64,000 nt of DNA from the NCBI RefSeq assembly GCF_009914755.1, contig NC_060928.1; one strand, written 5' to 3'. How positions within the stretch are numbered: the stretch's first letter is position 1; each line of letters begins with the position of its first letter. The notes beneath the pieces were generated by a model. It was not told the DNA's origin and made no database searches. It saw only the letters and a list, made by a program, of their open reading frames with translations. A program made the position numbers and the translations under genes. The DNA is from the human T2T-CHM13v2.0 reference genome, Homo sapiens. Shown here in pieces: positions 1 to 13,135 of this stretch.

Positions 1-739
1 TTTCTTACAGGTCATCTGAAAGAGCAATCAAAACTAGCAATGGGAGAGAGAATTTCAGTGTTGATTTTGGGAGAGGTATAGCTTTAGCAAAGCCCCTGAT
101 CTACTGCATGAAGGAGACTTGTGATTAACTTGGCAGTGAGCACAAGCCATGTTTCTAACACCAAGTGGGGTACTGAGCTTCTATCTACAACGTTATTACA
201 CAAAAGCTAATTTCCCAATATTTACTAATCAATTGCTTCATGAGAACTTGTCGTACCGGTGCTCCCAAACTAGGTCTGTTGTTCAGCTGTGATTTGTGGA
301 TGGGGCACTATTTTACTATAGTCACTACTCTGGTGTCCCCAGGAAATTAGATGGCTTCACCTGGTTCAGGTATATATTTTGTAATACTTTAAGACCATCT
401 TTAATTAGAACTAAAACAAAAAAAGTAGTTGAAATAAAAATATTATGAGGAAACAATATTTGGGTTTGTTGAACCATTAACACATATGTCCTCTAAAGGT
501 GTTTGGTTTAACAGTGTGTGTAGTTTTATTTTTTAGTCTCTTTCTACCTTGATTCAAGTACCCTCCCCTCCTCCCCCCAGCCCCACAAAACACACAGGCG
601 TGCACGTGAGCGTGCTCTTAGGCCTCTTACAGTTTTTGCAAGCCGACCACAGGGGCTGGACTCATTCTGTAAGTGTTTGAAGTTCAATTACTATGGTACT
701 CTTATTACGAAGGGTTACTGGTGGGGTGCCTTTTATTCA

Positions 740-2100
740 TCTATGTATTTATTTATTCTTCACTTAGCACATTTATTGAATGCCTTTTAATGACCAGACA
801 CCGTGCCAAATACAAGATACAAAAATGACAGAGACATATTCCTTGGTCTCAAGAAGTTCACGGTTCATAAAGGCAAACAAATACATAAATAGATGATTAC
901 TATGTGAGATGATAACTGTGATATGGAAACATACATAGCCTATCACAGGAGCACAGAAAAGGCTAGGCAAGAGCTCCTGCAAGCTATGATGACTGAGCTG
1001 AGCTTTAAAGAATAAATAGGAGTGAGCCAGGCACAGGTGTGACTGACAGTACTTCTGGGAGAAAGTGGAGTCTGAGCCATCTCATGAGGTGGTGAAAGCA
1101 GCCCTGCACATCCAGTGAAGAAGGGCAAACTGAGTAGAGCGTGGACTCTGGAACGGGACCACCTGCTCTGCTGCATGCAAGGTGTGTATGCATGTAACTT
1201 TGGGCAAGTAACTGAGCTTCTCTGTGTCTCAGCTGCCTCATCTGTAAACACTGAGATAATTACAGGACCACCTAATAGGGTTTCTGTGACAATTGTGAGC
1301 TAGCATACATAAAGTGCTTAGAGTAGGGCTTGGCGATAGTAAGCATTATGTGAGTTTTTTGTTGCTAGTTTGTGAAGTGAAAAACAAGCAGGACAGGTGA
1401 GAAATGAGGCTGGAGGCATTGGCAGGAGTAAGATGACTGTATCTCATGTTTATGAGCTTGGACTTTATGCTATGTAGCCAGAGGGGACTTTGAAAGGCTT
1501 AAAAAAGTGGGAAATCATGGCGAGATGTTTTTTTTGTCACTCTGGTGACTGCAGCGAATGGGAAAATCTGGAGACAGATTTTACCCAGGGAGCTGTAGTG
1601 CTAGGGAGACATGATATGGAAATGAACTAAGATGTAGCAGTATGTGTAGGAAGAATAGGGAAATTAGTCTGCTCAGGCCACTGAGGGGACATGGGAGTGA
1701 AATGGAGGGGGCGGAGGGGAAACAAGAGTCCAAGATGGCCCCTTAGTGTGTAGTGCTGGTGATTTGGTGGCTGGTGGTACTAGCAACTGACCTAGCTAAT
1801 GGTAAAGGAGGAGCAGGTACAGAGGGGAAGATACTGGGTCCAGATTTTCACATGTAGGTCCTAAAGTTTCTGATGGAAAAGTCCAGCAAGCATTTGAAGT
1901 GTAACACTTGGGAGGAAGGTCAGGACAGATAGAGTTTTAGGAACCATCAGCATGGTGAGGTTGAAATCACGAGTAATAAAATCCCTCATAGGTGGAGGAC
2001 AGAGTCTTGGAATGACATCTACAGTTACAGCGAAAGCTAAGAAGAGGTCTTCAGGTTGGAGGCAAAGAAGGTAGAAGAGCTCCTGGGAGGACTGGAAAAA
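740..2100 (-). mobile_element. Degenerate LINE-2 fragments, interrupted by a MIR
   Basis: Reverse complement of the L2 3' end (cattcat/atttattgaatgcc...gtgcca) followed by typical purine-rich L2 body sequence. Confidence 0.65.
1105..1355 (+). mobile_element. MIR SINE
   Basis: MIR core: tttgggcaagtaactgagcttctctgtgtctcagctgcctcatctgtaaa...aaagtgcttagag. Confidence 0.75.
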
Positions 2101-3166
2101 GAACATGCTCATGTTTTTGCCCCCAGAGATGATTTCCTCACACATGTGTGCCAATATTAGATTTTAAGAAGTATTCTTCTTAGGTTGCACTTTACATATG
2201 TGGCCCCAAGCATGAGTCTAAAGTTGCTAGTGTTCCAAAACTTCAGGCAGGCCACATGGCCAAGGTGAAAATAACTAGTCACATGTTTCTCTCTGGTTAG
2301 GTGGAGCAAGCTTACTCTTGCTAATACTGATCACACAGTCACTATGTTCCTGGAGCCACTCAGTAATGCTGGCATTTTTCCTAAGGATGCTCTTAAAAGT
2401 CTATTTATCTAGTTCCTGGGATCATTTGGATAGCCATTCCCAAAGAAAGCCAAAACATAGCATCTCTCTCTATGGCATTTTTATTTCTTTCTCATTAGTT
2501 TCCCCCTGAGTGTTGGAAAGATGTAGGTTGATAGCCACATCTTTGCAACAATCACTACTGCCTTGATGAGCACATAAGTTTTTCCTGCCCTTATGAGTGA
2601 ATTTCTTCTACACAATGAAACAATTGTGGAGATACACAAAAATGGAAACAATTAGTTTCGTCTAAACTTGCTGTGCTGCATATAAGTGATGATATAAATT
2701 ATGAAGATAGTGACTTTGTTAAGTTTAAATGATTTGGATACTGGAAGTCCTTGGAGGATCTTTAAGCGTATGTTACCCTTGTTTGCTTGTACCATTGAAT
2801 ATGTTGTGAATGTCATACAAACTCACATCCCATACAAACTTTGGAAAATTTCAACTTTAAAACATATAATGAAAAGCAAATAAAAATACCTAACACCATT
2901 TGAATACTTGATTAGAAAATTGTACAGCGAAGCACTTAAATGTAATTTTTAGATTACAGATGTAAAGTTGATATCACATAAGGATAAAGAGAATGATTAG
3001 AAATGACTCACATGATTGTATGTTTGCATTACAGAGAGAAATGACATGGCTAAGAGTCAAAAACTGTAGACAATAAAGATAATAAACTGCCACTTTAGGT
3101 TTAGGGAAACAAAAAAGGTATGAAGTCAAATAAGAGATGTTAGACTGAACAGATTAAGGAAGTTAG

Positions 3167-3495
3167 AGCTGGGCATGGTGGCTCATGCCTATAATCTCAG
3201 CACTTTGGGAGGCTGAGGCAAGAGGATCGCTTGAGCCCAGGAGTTTGAGACAAGCCTGGGCAACATAGTGAGACCCTCATCTGTACAAAAAGTTTTCAAA
3301 ATTAGCTAGGCGTGGTGGTGCATGCCTATAGTCCCAGCTACTTGGGAAGCTGAAGTGGGAGGATTGCTTGAGCCTGGGAGGTTGAGGCTGCAGTGAGCCA
3401 TGATAGGGCTACTGCACTGGGCAACACAGCGAGACCCTGTCTAATGAAAAGAAAAGAAAAGAAGAGAAAAGAAAAGAAAAGAGAGGAGAGGAGAG
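3167..3495 (+). mobile_element. AluJ with (GAAAA)n/(GAGAG)n tail
   Basis: Dimeric Alu with AluJ-type gaggatcgcttgagcccaggag and ggttgaggctgcag. Confidence 0.92.
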
Positions 3496-6142
3496 AATTA
3501 GAAATGAGGATCAAAGTCCTGGAAGTAAAAGGTGAGGTAAGCACAGAAGAGATTCTGTAGAACAAGGAGAGAGCTGCTGGGCAGGTAATCAGTGAGGAGA
3601 GGAGAACGCACAAGGTCAGAGAGAAATGAAGAGAAGAACATTTATGCCCTAATTAGTGAGCAATTTGTTATAAAACAGCTTTGCCACCTGGAGAGTAGAA
3701 TTTAAAAATTTATTGGCACGAACTACCAAATCAGCCAAATTAGAGCAGGCCATCTTCCAGGTCTCCAGCACAGGCTACAGTGGACAGTGTGCAATAGCAA
3801 CCCTTGTCATGAAGGCGGAGAGAAGAGGAAGTGTACTTCAGGAAAGCACGGGCTAATCCAATCAACGAAGATCAGCATAAGGTCATAAGAGTTCCATGTT
3901 GCAATCAGTCTTTTAAAAGCCAAAATTACCTTTTGCCTTTGGCACTGCTATCTGATACCTTAAATGGAGTATTTTGCTACCAAATGAAACTAAATAGGAC
4001 AAGAAAGAGCTGCTCATCTCTTTATTGCACCATCATTTACACTAAACTTTTCCACAAAAGGGTAATGTTTCTCTTTAACCTCAGGGGCACATGTGAGTCA
4101 TTGCTCTTTCAGATCCTAACTATCCAGTGATATCTATTAAGTCACCACTTGTACCTTTAACACAGTTTCTATTCGGTCCTCCTGGCCTCCCGCAAGGACT
4201 GCATTAGTCTAGTCAACCAGTAGTGCTGCTGCCGAAGTTACCTATTCCTCATGCTTGACTCTAAGAACCTCTTCCTTTCTTTCTTCTTGTTTTCTAGGCA
4301 TAGGGATTTCCAGCTTTACAACATGCTATGAATTATCCTCCTCTGTGTTAACACTTGTGTTAACCTCATCCGAAGTCCTGGGGGATGTCCTGTTCAACCT
4401 GCCATTTCACCCATAGTAGAGTTGGTCCACAGTGAAAAGTGGTGAAAAGACTGAAGTCTTTATACCACTTGCATATATTGTTCCTGATCCTGCGTGTACA
4501 TTTCAGAGAACTGGTGAATAAACTCTCCGCTCCATGCCTTTCTGCTCAGAGAGGTTACATCTTATATTCTCCAAATTTAAATTAAAATGTAGCTTCCTTC
4601 ATTTGCTTCTCTTGTTTCTTGGTATATTTTCCCTTCTTCTAGACAAAGTTGATCAGCTTTTTATTTTTTTATTTTTTGTACTCTACTGAGATCTATTCCT
4701 AGAATGCCAGCATTGTCCACCTTTATCATTAAAAAAAAGTCTGCATCATGAAACTATGAGTCCTAATTAGAAGGGTAGTGGTGATTTTCTAACCAAAAAT
4801 TACTTGGCATAATTTACTCTGGGATTAATAAGTATAAATGCATTGTCCCATCTTTGAAATTTTTCTTTTACTTCTGACTAGACATGGCAACTCTGAGTTT
4901 GAATCCAAACACAAATGTACTTACTTGAATTTCCTGGTTTTGGTCCATCATAAAAGCAATAAGTTTGACAGGAAGACAGCCTATCAGTTTGCCCTACAAG
5001 TCTTATCAGTATAACTTTGGAACCAACCAATCCAACACTCTTTATTTTGTTGGGTAGCAACTACTCCTGCTTGTTCACCCGACATTACATTTTCTTCCAG
5101 CAAAGATCCATCAACCTTATTCCCTTGTGTGACTTCCCTGATTTCACTCGTGCCTGCCATTAAATGCACTGTGTCTTTTGAAAACACTTAAACACTAATT
5201 AAATTAATTTATGGTATATGTCATTAGTATCCCATTTTGCCTTGGTCTTTTCTGCCCAAAACAATAAGCCCCCGAGACATTCAAAATGCTTGTGTTTAGT
5301 TGCTTAGTAAATCCTTAGTATCCATCATAACATCAAATCTTGATGACAGTAATGGTGATGGATAAAGGAGAAAATTACACCCCAGAGAAGTTATGAGTCA
5401 AGAATGTCTAGTTAGATTTACTTAGAACAAAGTAACAGACAAGATAAAGCCCTAAGAATAAGTCTGGGTTCATTTTAAATTGAGATGACAACCATCCCAT
5501 AGTCCTAAAATAATTACTGCTTCTAATATAGACTGCACATGATTTAATTACTTCACATTGATTTTAAAACAAAACCTACATGCAATAGTTGCTGACAGAA
5601 GTTTAGACCCGATGCCTTTTCAGCCAGGATAGGTACAAGCACTGGCGCGTGTGACAGCAGGCTTCAAACCTCATTCAGCAGACGGGATAGTAGGCTAGAT
5701 AATAAACAGCAATTAGAACTCACTGTGATAAAGGCCATGGTAATATTGTTAGAGAGTGCTACAGAAATGCACAGTAGTAGTTCTCTACTCAGACCAAGAG
5801 ATCAGGCAGGGCTTCATAAACATCTCCATGTAATTTGCCTTATCCGGGCTGTTGCCTACCCTGGCTGCCTAGATAATGCTTGCTTCTCTTCCGAGACTCA
5901 ACTCAAATCCACCTTCTCCTTAATCCAGATTTATTCTTTCCTTGATCAGCTAACATGCGCAGTGTTCTGTCCCCTGCACACTACCCTCAACCCCAGGAGG
6001 ATTCATTGCTTCCTTTTAGTTGCTATAAGGGCTTTACAATCTGGCCAGGCTTAGTGGTACACCCTGCTCCTTTCCCATTTTGAATAAAATCTGCACCATA
6101 GGGCCAGAGAAATCAGAGAGAAGAGCAATTACCTTGAGTAGG

Positions 6143-6521
6143 TATATTAGTTCATTCTCATGCTGCTAATAAAGACATACCCGAGACTGGCTAATTTATA
6201 AAAGAAAGAGGTTTAATTAACTCACAGTTCCCAGTAGCTAGGAAGGCCTCAGGAAACTTATAATCATGGCGAAAAGGGAAGCAAACACATCCTTCTTCAC
6301 ATGGCAGCAGGAGAGAGAAGAATGAGTGCCCTGTGAAAGGGGGATGCCCCTTATAAAGCCATCAGATCTCGTGAGAACTAACTCACTATCAGGAGAACAG
6401 GATGGGGGAAACTGCTCCCTTGATTCAATTATCTCCATCTGGTCCCTCCCACGACACATGGGGATTATGGGAACTACAATTCAAGATGAGATTTGGATGG
6501 GGAGACAGCCAAACCATATCA
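6143..6521 (-). mobile_element. THE1 (THE1D-like) solo LTR, ERVL-MaLR
   Basis: tatattagttcattctcatgctgctaataaagac...ccaaaccatatca, flanked by a perfect 5-bp TSD GTAGG (6138-6142 and 6522-6526). Confidence 0.92.
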
Positions 6522-7124
6522 GTAGGCATCTAAAAACTCAGCCCTCCACTGTCTGTGTTTCTCTCCCCAGCACTTTTGCCATTACCCTATAGATATAATG
6601 ATGGAGCTCTGGCTTCATGATAACTTCAGGGTTACCTGGTATGGAAAAGAGAGACAATAAAACTTGGTTTTTGTAACAATTTTTATGTCCTCAAGCCAGA
6701 TCCCCTTTCCAGGACATCTCCAGCATGTAGGGATGATTCAGAGACCCAGACATAAGGAGTCACTTAAGCAAACCAGAGAAGCATATACAGTTGGAATTTG
6801 GGGTGGTGGGTAGAGAGGGGCAATGTTTTTTGAATGCTACAAAGTTCAAATGCCAATCTGTTCTCTTCCTGCCGGACTGGTCTTTGTGATGTTCAAATAA
6901 AGTGAGCATGAGATATTCTCAAAGTTAGAAGGAGTCTGTAACTATTTGCTTACAGGCAGAGGTTTGGGTAGGGGACAGGGTGTGAGAGCACCTCAGTTAA
7001 ATTGTGTACGGAGGTTCTGAATTGTTTAGGCAATAGCAATGCATTATGCAATACTCAGCCAAAATGTGAGTGTAATAAATTAATAGAACTTTTGGATGAC
7101 TTTTTCCCTTAAAATAGACACTTG

Positions 7125-7155
<31 letters not shown>

Positions 7156-7347
7156 GCTGTCTTGTCTCTCCAGCAAGTGTTTAATCTTTATGTGTTTAGA
7201 TTGTTTATTGGGTGCTATAATTATAGATATTTGAATATTAGAGTGTCCCTACTCAAACTGTTTTCATCACAAAATGTATGACAATTATATTGTGCCATTA
7301 GTAGACCTGCTTTTCTTCTCGACTCTGTCACAAGGACAGTGTCTTTT

Positions 7348-7645
<298 letters not shown>

Positions 7646-8697
7646 GAGGGACAGTGTCTTTTGATTCTTGGAGTTTTGCACAACACCTGGCACATAAATA
7701 TTCCTCAGCTAATTTATTTAAAAAATAATAACTAGAGGAGCTCTGATTCTTGACTGGACACATGCAATTTAGACTTCTACTAAATAAAAAAAGAACACTA
7801 GAATAGAGAATAGATGCACTGGGATTGTGCAGCCAGGAGAAATCAATCTACCTAGATTGCCTATGTGATTCAGGTGGAACTAGGATGCCAGCCTGAAGCG
7901 TAGAAAGAATTCCCAAGTATTCTACAGAAGACTACAGGCCAGAGGTAGAACAAAGCAAGAAGAATGGCATTTTTTCTCTACAGTCAGCTTTTAAAACAGC
8001 ATACGGTCTTGTTTCCATGGCAAGAAAATCTCCTAGGTGCATTGCCAGGAGATTCTCCCTTAGAAATTAAAAAGAAGAAAGAAAAGAAGGGAAAGAAGCC
8101 ACCCATAGCTGTGTTTTCTGAAAACAGCTTGACTCTCCTGCTGATCATCGACGGCTGCCACGCCACGGAAACACCTCATCCAATGGTGCCCAGGCCGCCT
8201 CTACGCAGCATGCTGGAAGCTTGTGATTAATTTTGTTTGACAGCAGCAAAAAGTATGCCCTACGTTGGATGCCAGCTGATTATTTCCAGTATGTTTGCTG
8301 CTGAAAATTCCATTAATGATTTTTAATATCCATTCAACTTGAAGAGAGGAGAAAAGTGCTTTTCTGAAAAAGGAAAAGTAAATTGGACTCAGTCTTATGG
8401 AAAATCCAAATCTACAGAGTGAACGTTTGATGGCAGATGAGTTGAGGAAAATGTGAGCAATTTCAAAATTTTTTTACGTGAAGGATTTGCTCTATTATTG
8501 GTAATATATCTGTAGAGAATGTGTTGTGAATAATAACATATTTTGATTGATGTGCTTTCATTTTCTTCCCAGTGTACAAATATGGCAACTTTTAATGTTC
8601 AACTTGATGTGTATTTATTAATTGCTTACTGTGTTCAAGACCCTTATTAAATATTGATTGAACTGAAATGAGCCCTGGGGGAACCTACCATCTAAGA

Positions 8698-8862
8698 CAG
8701 CAATTCTCAACTGTGGCTCCACATTTGAATTCCCAGGGGAACTTGAAAAATTCTGGGCCCTCAGAAATTCTGACTTAATTGTTCTGGAGTAAGGTCTGTG
8801 GCCTCAGTATTTTTTCATATGTCTCCTCATGTGCATAATATGTAATTAGATTTGAGAATCAA
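8698..8862. mobile_element. MER5-family hAT-Charlie DNA transposon relic
   Basis: cagcaattctcaactgtggct...agaaattctgacttaattg...tttgagaatc. Confidence 0.6.
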
Positions 8863-9384
8863 CAGCTGATATAAAAGGAAGTGAAAAGGCAGTACATGGC
8901 CAAGTCCCTGTAGATATGCAAAGGACACTGTTTTAAAATCATTTATCTATTTGAAAAGTATGATGATTTAAAAGGAGAGGAAATTACATTTTTTTGAGGC
9001 TGCCAGAAAAAAACTCCATGAAGGAAGTAATATTTAAGTAGACTCTCAATGTGTAAAATTTTGATCGGCAGAGATAGGTATCCAGGTAGAGGATCAAAGA
9101 CTAGGATGAGAAAAGAATAAGGCCAGTTCTGTGAATACCCAGTGACTAACACAAGGCTAGGAGAAAAGGAGTATTGATTGCTATTATAAAGCATTACCAT
9201 TAATTTGTAATTTCAGCTAGCTATGAACTCAAATACGTTTATGAAGTAATGAGATATTTTAGCATTTTTTTCTCATGTGCTACTCCTAAAAGTTACTCTT
9301 AAAACAACAGGGTTGACAAATATGTTTAATATATGGCAAAATAGACATAGATTTAAAAATGCACTTTAGTATCTTGCTATTTGA

Positions 9385-9540
9385 TTGTGTGGTCCTCAGA
9401 TGAGCAGCATTGGCATCACCTGTAACTTGTTAGAAATGAAGCTAATGCAGGATGTTGGCCCCCACCCCAAACCTAACAAATCAAAGTCTGCATTTTAATA
9501 AGATCTTTGTGTACACACTAAAGTCTGAGAAGCACTACTT
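9385..9540. mobile_element. MER5A relic
   Basis: gtgtggtcc...cagcattggcatcacctg..cttgttagaaatg...aaagtctgagaagcact. Confidence 0.7.
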
Positions 9541-10287
9541 TAGCATCTCAATTATTATTACATTATTAGCAGTAATTAATTGAGAAGAGTAGAGAAGTAC
9601 GTTTCAACAAATTAAATTTCTACCTATGACTGTGAACGATGAATAGTGTTGATATGCAATAATCTTTTCTTTCAATCATATCTTTTTATATATGTCACCC
9701 TATATATCCCCATATAGTAATGTACTTATGTGTGATTAATACATCTAAATATGTTTCTTTGTATAGGTGTTCTCTCCAGTTCCAGTCTTTATGTCTAAAA
9801 AGATAACATCTTTTCATTTTAGACCTTGGTAATGTTTTCTGTGCTTTTCAAAAAGATGTCCTCAACATCACCTCTGAAAATGCATTATGATCTCCTGTGC
9901 CTCTGCCATCTCATTGCACACTGGTTTCGGTGGCATGTGGCAGATGGAACAGAAAGACATGAGGCTGGGAAACTCATAGATTCCAGAGGAAACTTGAGGC
10001 ACACAGGAAGCTGGTTCAGCTTGGGCATGCAAGCATTATTTACCTCTTTAATCTGAATTAAACAAGTAACAGTAAGTAATGATTCAGAGAAGTTTTGTTA
10101 AGTGGCAGAATATTTTATGGATGGGTATTTTCTTACAGTGCTTCTGACCTAAGAAACGGCAGCCTATCAACAAATAATTATTAAAACATTCCTTTTCCCA
10201 AATCGTATTGGATTTGGTTACCTGCTTAAACACCCTTAGGCTGATGGTTAGCAACAAGATCTTAGTATACTTTAGTTACAAAATCAT

Positions 10288-10463
10288 CTGCTGTTCTCAA
10301 ACTTTAGTGTGCGATAGAATATCAGTGGATGTTGCTCAAAATAGATACTCCAGATCCCACTGAGAATCTGATTCAGTAATTTGGGGGTAAGGTCCAGGAC
10401 TCTTTTGAAACAAGCATTCCAGGAGATTTTGTTGTTGTTACTAAGAATACTACATTTTGAGAA
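10288..10463. mobile_element. MER5A relic
   Basis: gttctcaaactttagtgtgc...tctgattcagtaatttgggg...ttttgagaaa. Confidence 0.6.
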
Positions 10464-10493
10464 AACAAAAACAAAAAACACATTGCTTTAAGA

Positions 10494-10712
10494 CAGGGGT
10501 ATCCAATCTTTTGGCTTCACTGGGCCGCATTAGAAGAATAAATGTCTTGGGCTACACATAAAATATAGTAACACGAACGATAGTTGATGAGCTTAAAAGT
10601 ACTGCAAAAAAATCTCATAATGTTTTAAGACAGTTTACAAAATTGTGTTGGGCTGCATTCAAATCCATCCTTGGCCGCATGTGGCCTGCGGGCCAAGGGT
10701 TGGACAAACTTG
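10494..10712. mobile_element. MER30 hAT DNA transposon
   Basis: caggggtatccaatcttttggcttc...gggttggacaaacttg with imperfect terminal inverted repeats. Confidence 0.85.
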
Positions 10713-10914
10713 CTAAGGCATTGTATTCTTAGGAATTTACTATTTTCTTTCGGTATCAGTATTATCTAAACTAAAGCTACGCACCAGGCTAATACCTAAG
10801 CTTAGTAAACCATAGATTGATCCACCAACCTTTTTGAAGGAGATGATATTAGAAAATGATTTTGTATCCATTGTAGGATTTCATATTCTAAGCATTGACA
10901 TATGTAATCTATTG

Positions 10915-11206
10915 GGCCAGGCACAGTGTAATGCCAGCACTTTGTGAGGCTGAGGTGAGAGGATTACTTGAGCCCGGGAGTTCAAGACCAGCCTGGGAAG
11001 CATAACGAAACCCTGTCTCTGTAAAAAATACAAAAATTAGCCAAGCCTGGTGGTGCATACCTGTGGTCCTAGCTACTCAGGCAGCTGAGGCGGGAGGATC
11101 ACTTGAGTCTGGGAGGTTGAGGCTGCAGTAAACCGTGATAGTACCACTGTACTCCAGCCAGGGCAACAGAGTAAGACCCTGTCTCAAAAAAAGAAAAAAA
11201 AAAAAA
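10915..11206 (+). mobile_element. AluJ
   Basis: Dimeric Alu with A-tail, a small 5' deletion and AluJ diagnostics. Confidence 0.92.
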
Positions 11207-11374
11207 CTGAAAAAATAAGACAGCTGTATTATACAATGCATTAGATTTGATTAGTGACCATGTTGCATTTTTTGTAAGAAAAAATTCACTAACTGTACAG
11301 TTTTTACAAGAAACCTATAATAGAATCTGACTTTACTGGTTGGTGCTGGATGTTTTCTTAGCTACTTACCATTA

Positions 11375-11438
11375 AAGAAAGGAAAAAGAAGGAAGGAAGG
11401 AAAGAAGGAAGGAAGGAAGGAAGGAAGGGAAGAAGGAA
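11375..11438 (+). repeat. (GGAA)n microsatellite
   Basis: aaggaaggaaggaaagaaggaaggaagg... Confidence 0.9.
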
Positions 11439-11449
11439 CATGAATAACA

Positions 11450-11840
11450 ACTTATGTAAATAGATGATCATTGCAACTTTATTTATCAATAGCAAAATAA
11501 ACCTAACTCTCAAACCATAGGAACATGGATAAACATATTTTGGCATACCCATAGGAGAGAAAAATGCAGTCATTTAAATTAATATTTTTCAAAATATTGA
11601 ATATAAGAAGATTCTCATCATATCATGTTAAGAGAAGAAATAAGATTAAAAAAGTTAATTTTAATAATGATAAAAACATACACATGAAAAATTGAGTGGA
11701 AAAACAACACAATGTAAATTGGTCATATCTTGAATATTAAATTGTAGGTGGTTTTAATTTTTTTCTTTCTAACTTTCTGTATAGTCCAAAATATTTTCAA
11801 TAAGTTTATGTGACTTTTATAACTAGGTAAAAAAAAATTT
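11450..11840 (+). mobile_element. Old L1 (L1ME-like) 3' fragment
   Basis: gatcattgcaactttatttatcaatagcaaaa...ggataaacatattttggcata resembles an L1M 3' end. Confidence 0.5.
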
Positions 11841-12949
11841 TAAGAAGTATAATTTTTAAAATCTGGGTTGTTTTAAGAGTGGTTCAGCTTAAGAACAGGT
11901 GGATGGACTAAATGAACCTTTTTAACATTGCTTCAGTTCTAAAGACCATCTGCCCAGTCCTATTAACCAGTAACTACAGAAAGAAGTTAGATCCAATTAG
12001 TAAAGGCAGAAAGAAACATTGCCTTTGTGAGTTCTGTTTCCCTGTGCATATCTGCCACCTTAAACTAATGGAGCTATTTATTGAGTTCAAGCTGTCCCCA
12101 ACGAAAGCTGCTTTTTACTTTGCTTCTGTGCAAATCTTGTTCACTTTTTACAACTGGCTACAGAATCAAAGCCAGCAGCTGGCCTCCATGCTACTACACA
12201 GAACAATAGCCTGAGCCCAAGCTTCTGAAGAGCAGGCCTGCCCCAGTATCTTGAATGTATGCCTGCATAAAAAGCAGACACCACCCAGGATGGCTGTATC
12301 TGCTGCTTCTGCTCAGGCAGTAAATATGTAAAATAGGAAGCCAAAACACATCCAGGGCCACATCTCATTGAGTGCCCTTGGGAAACTCAATTGGACATCA
12401 GTTTATCTTTAAAATAGGAATCATAATGGCTTCCTCTGATTATGTCCTGTAAAGTATATAAGTGGTTTATAAACTACAGTTTTAACATACTGGTTGTTAG
12501 GTGATCGTGTTCCCATTTTTTATGTGGTTGCTTTCTCAAGCACATACATAATCATGCTAAAGAACGGTAAAATAGCAGCAGTCCTCCTGCCATGCCCAGG
12601 ACTTATGCTACTTTGTAATGTGATCTCAAAATGGACTGTAAATGGATGGCCCAGTGGTATTTATTATCACCACTTAAAGTGAACCCATATGCCAGTGGCA
12701 TATTGAGCTAACAATCTGTGATGTCATTGGCAGAAGCAGCTCTTCCAGAAGGCAGAGTTGCTGAGGATTGTCTATGACATTACTCTATCAGCATATTGGA
12801 TGTTGCTCGTCAATAGTAGCCGTGGTGTCGGGGAAATAAGGTCAAGTGAAGCAGTGAGTTACTGGTAACTTAGGGGTTACCACCTGTCAAAAATCATACA
12901 GATTATGATTTTTTTCCAAAATTAACCTGAAATCTCATAGGATTATCAC

Positions 12950-13135
12950 CATTTATATGTTTTGATTCTTCTCATCAGTCCTGTGAGGTACTGTTATTAT
13001 TGCCATTTTAAAGATGAGGAGACTGAGGTTAGGAAAGATTAAGGAAGGTGCTCAAGTTCACTCATTTGGGTGGTGAACCCAAATTTGAAACCTCCCAGGT
13101 AGGCTGAATGCAGAGCCTCTGCTGCTCACCACTTT
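12950..13135 (-). mobile_element. MIR SINE
   Basis: cctgtgaggtactgttattattgccattttaaagatgaggagactgagg. Confidence 0.7.

Noticed and set aside
1-375. Acceptor-like tttcttacag at the window start
   Set aside because: Upstream context is cut off, the phase-0 reading stops at the third codon and nearby donors are weak.
7131-7173. T25 tract followed by ctccag, resembling an acceptor
   Set aside because: A simple homopolymer with no convincing partner donor; more likely a retro-tail remnant or an oligo-dT priming artefact site.
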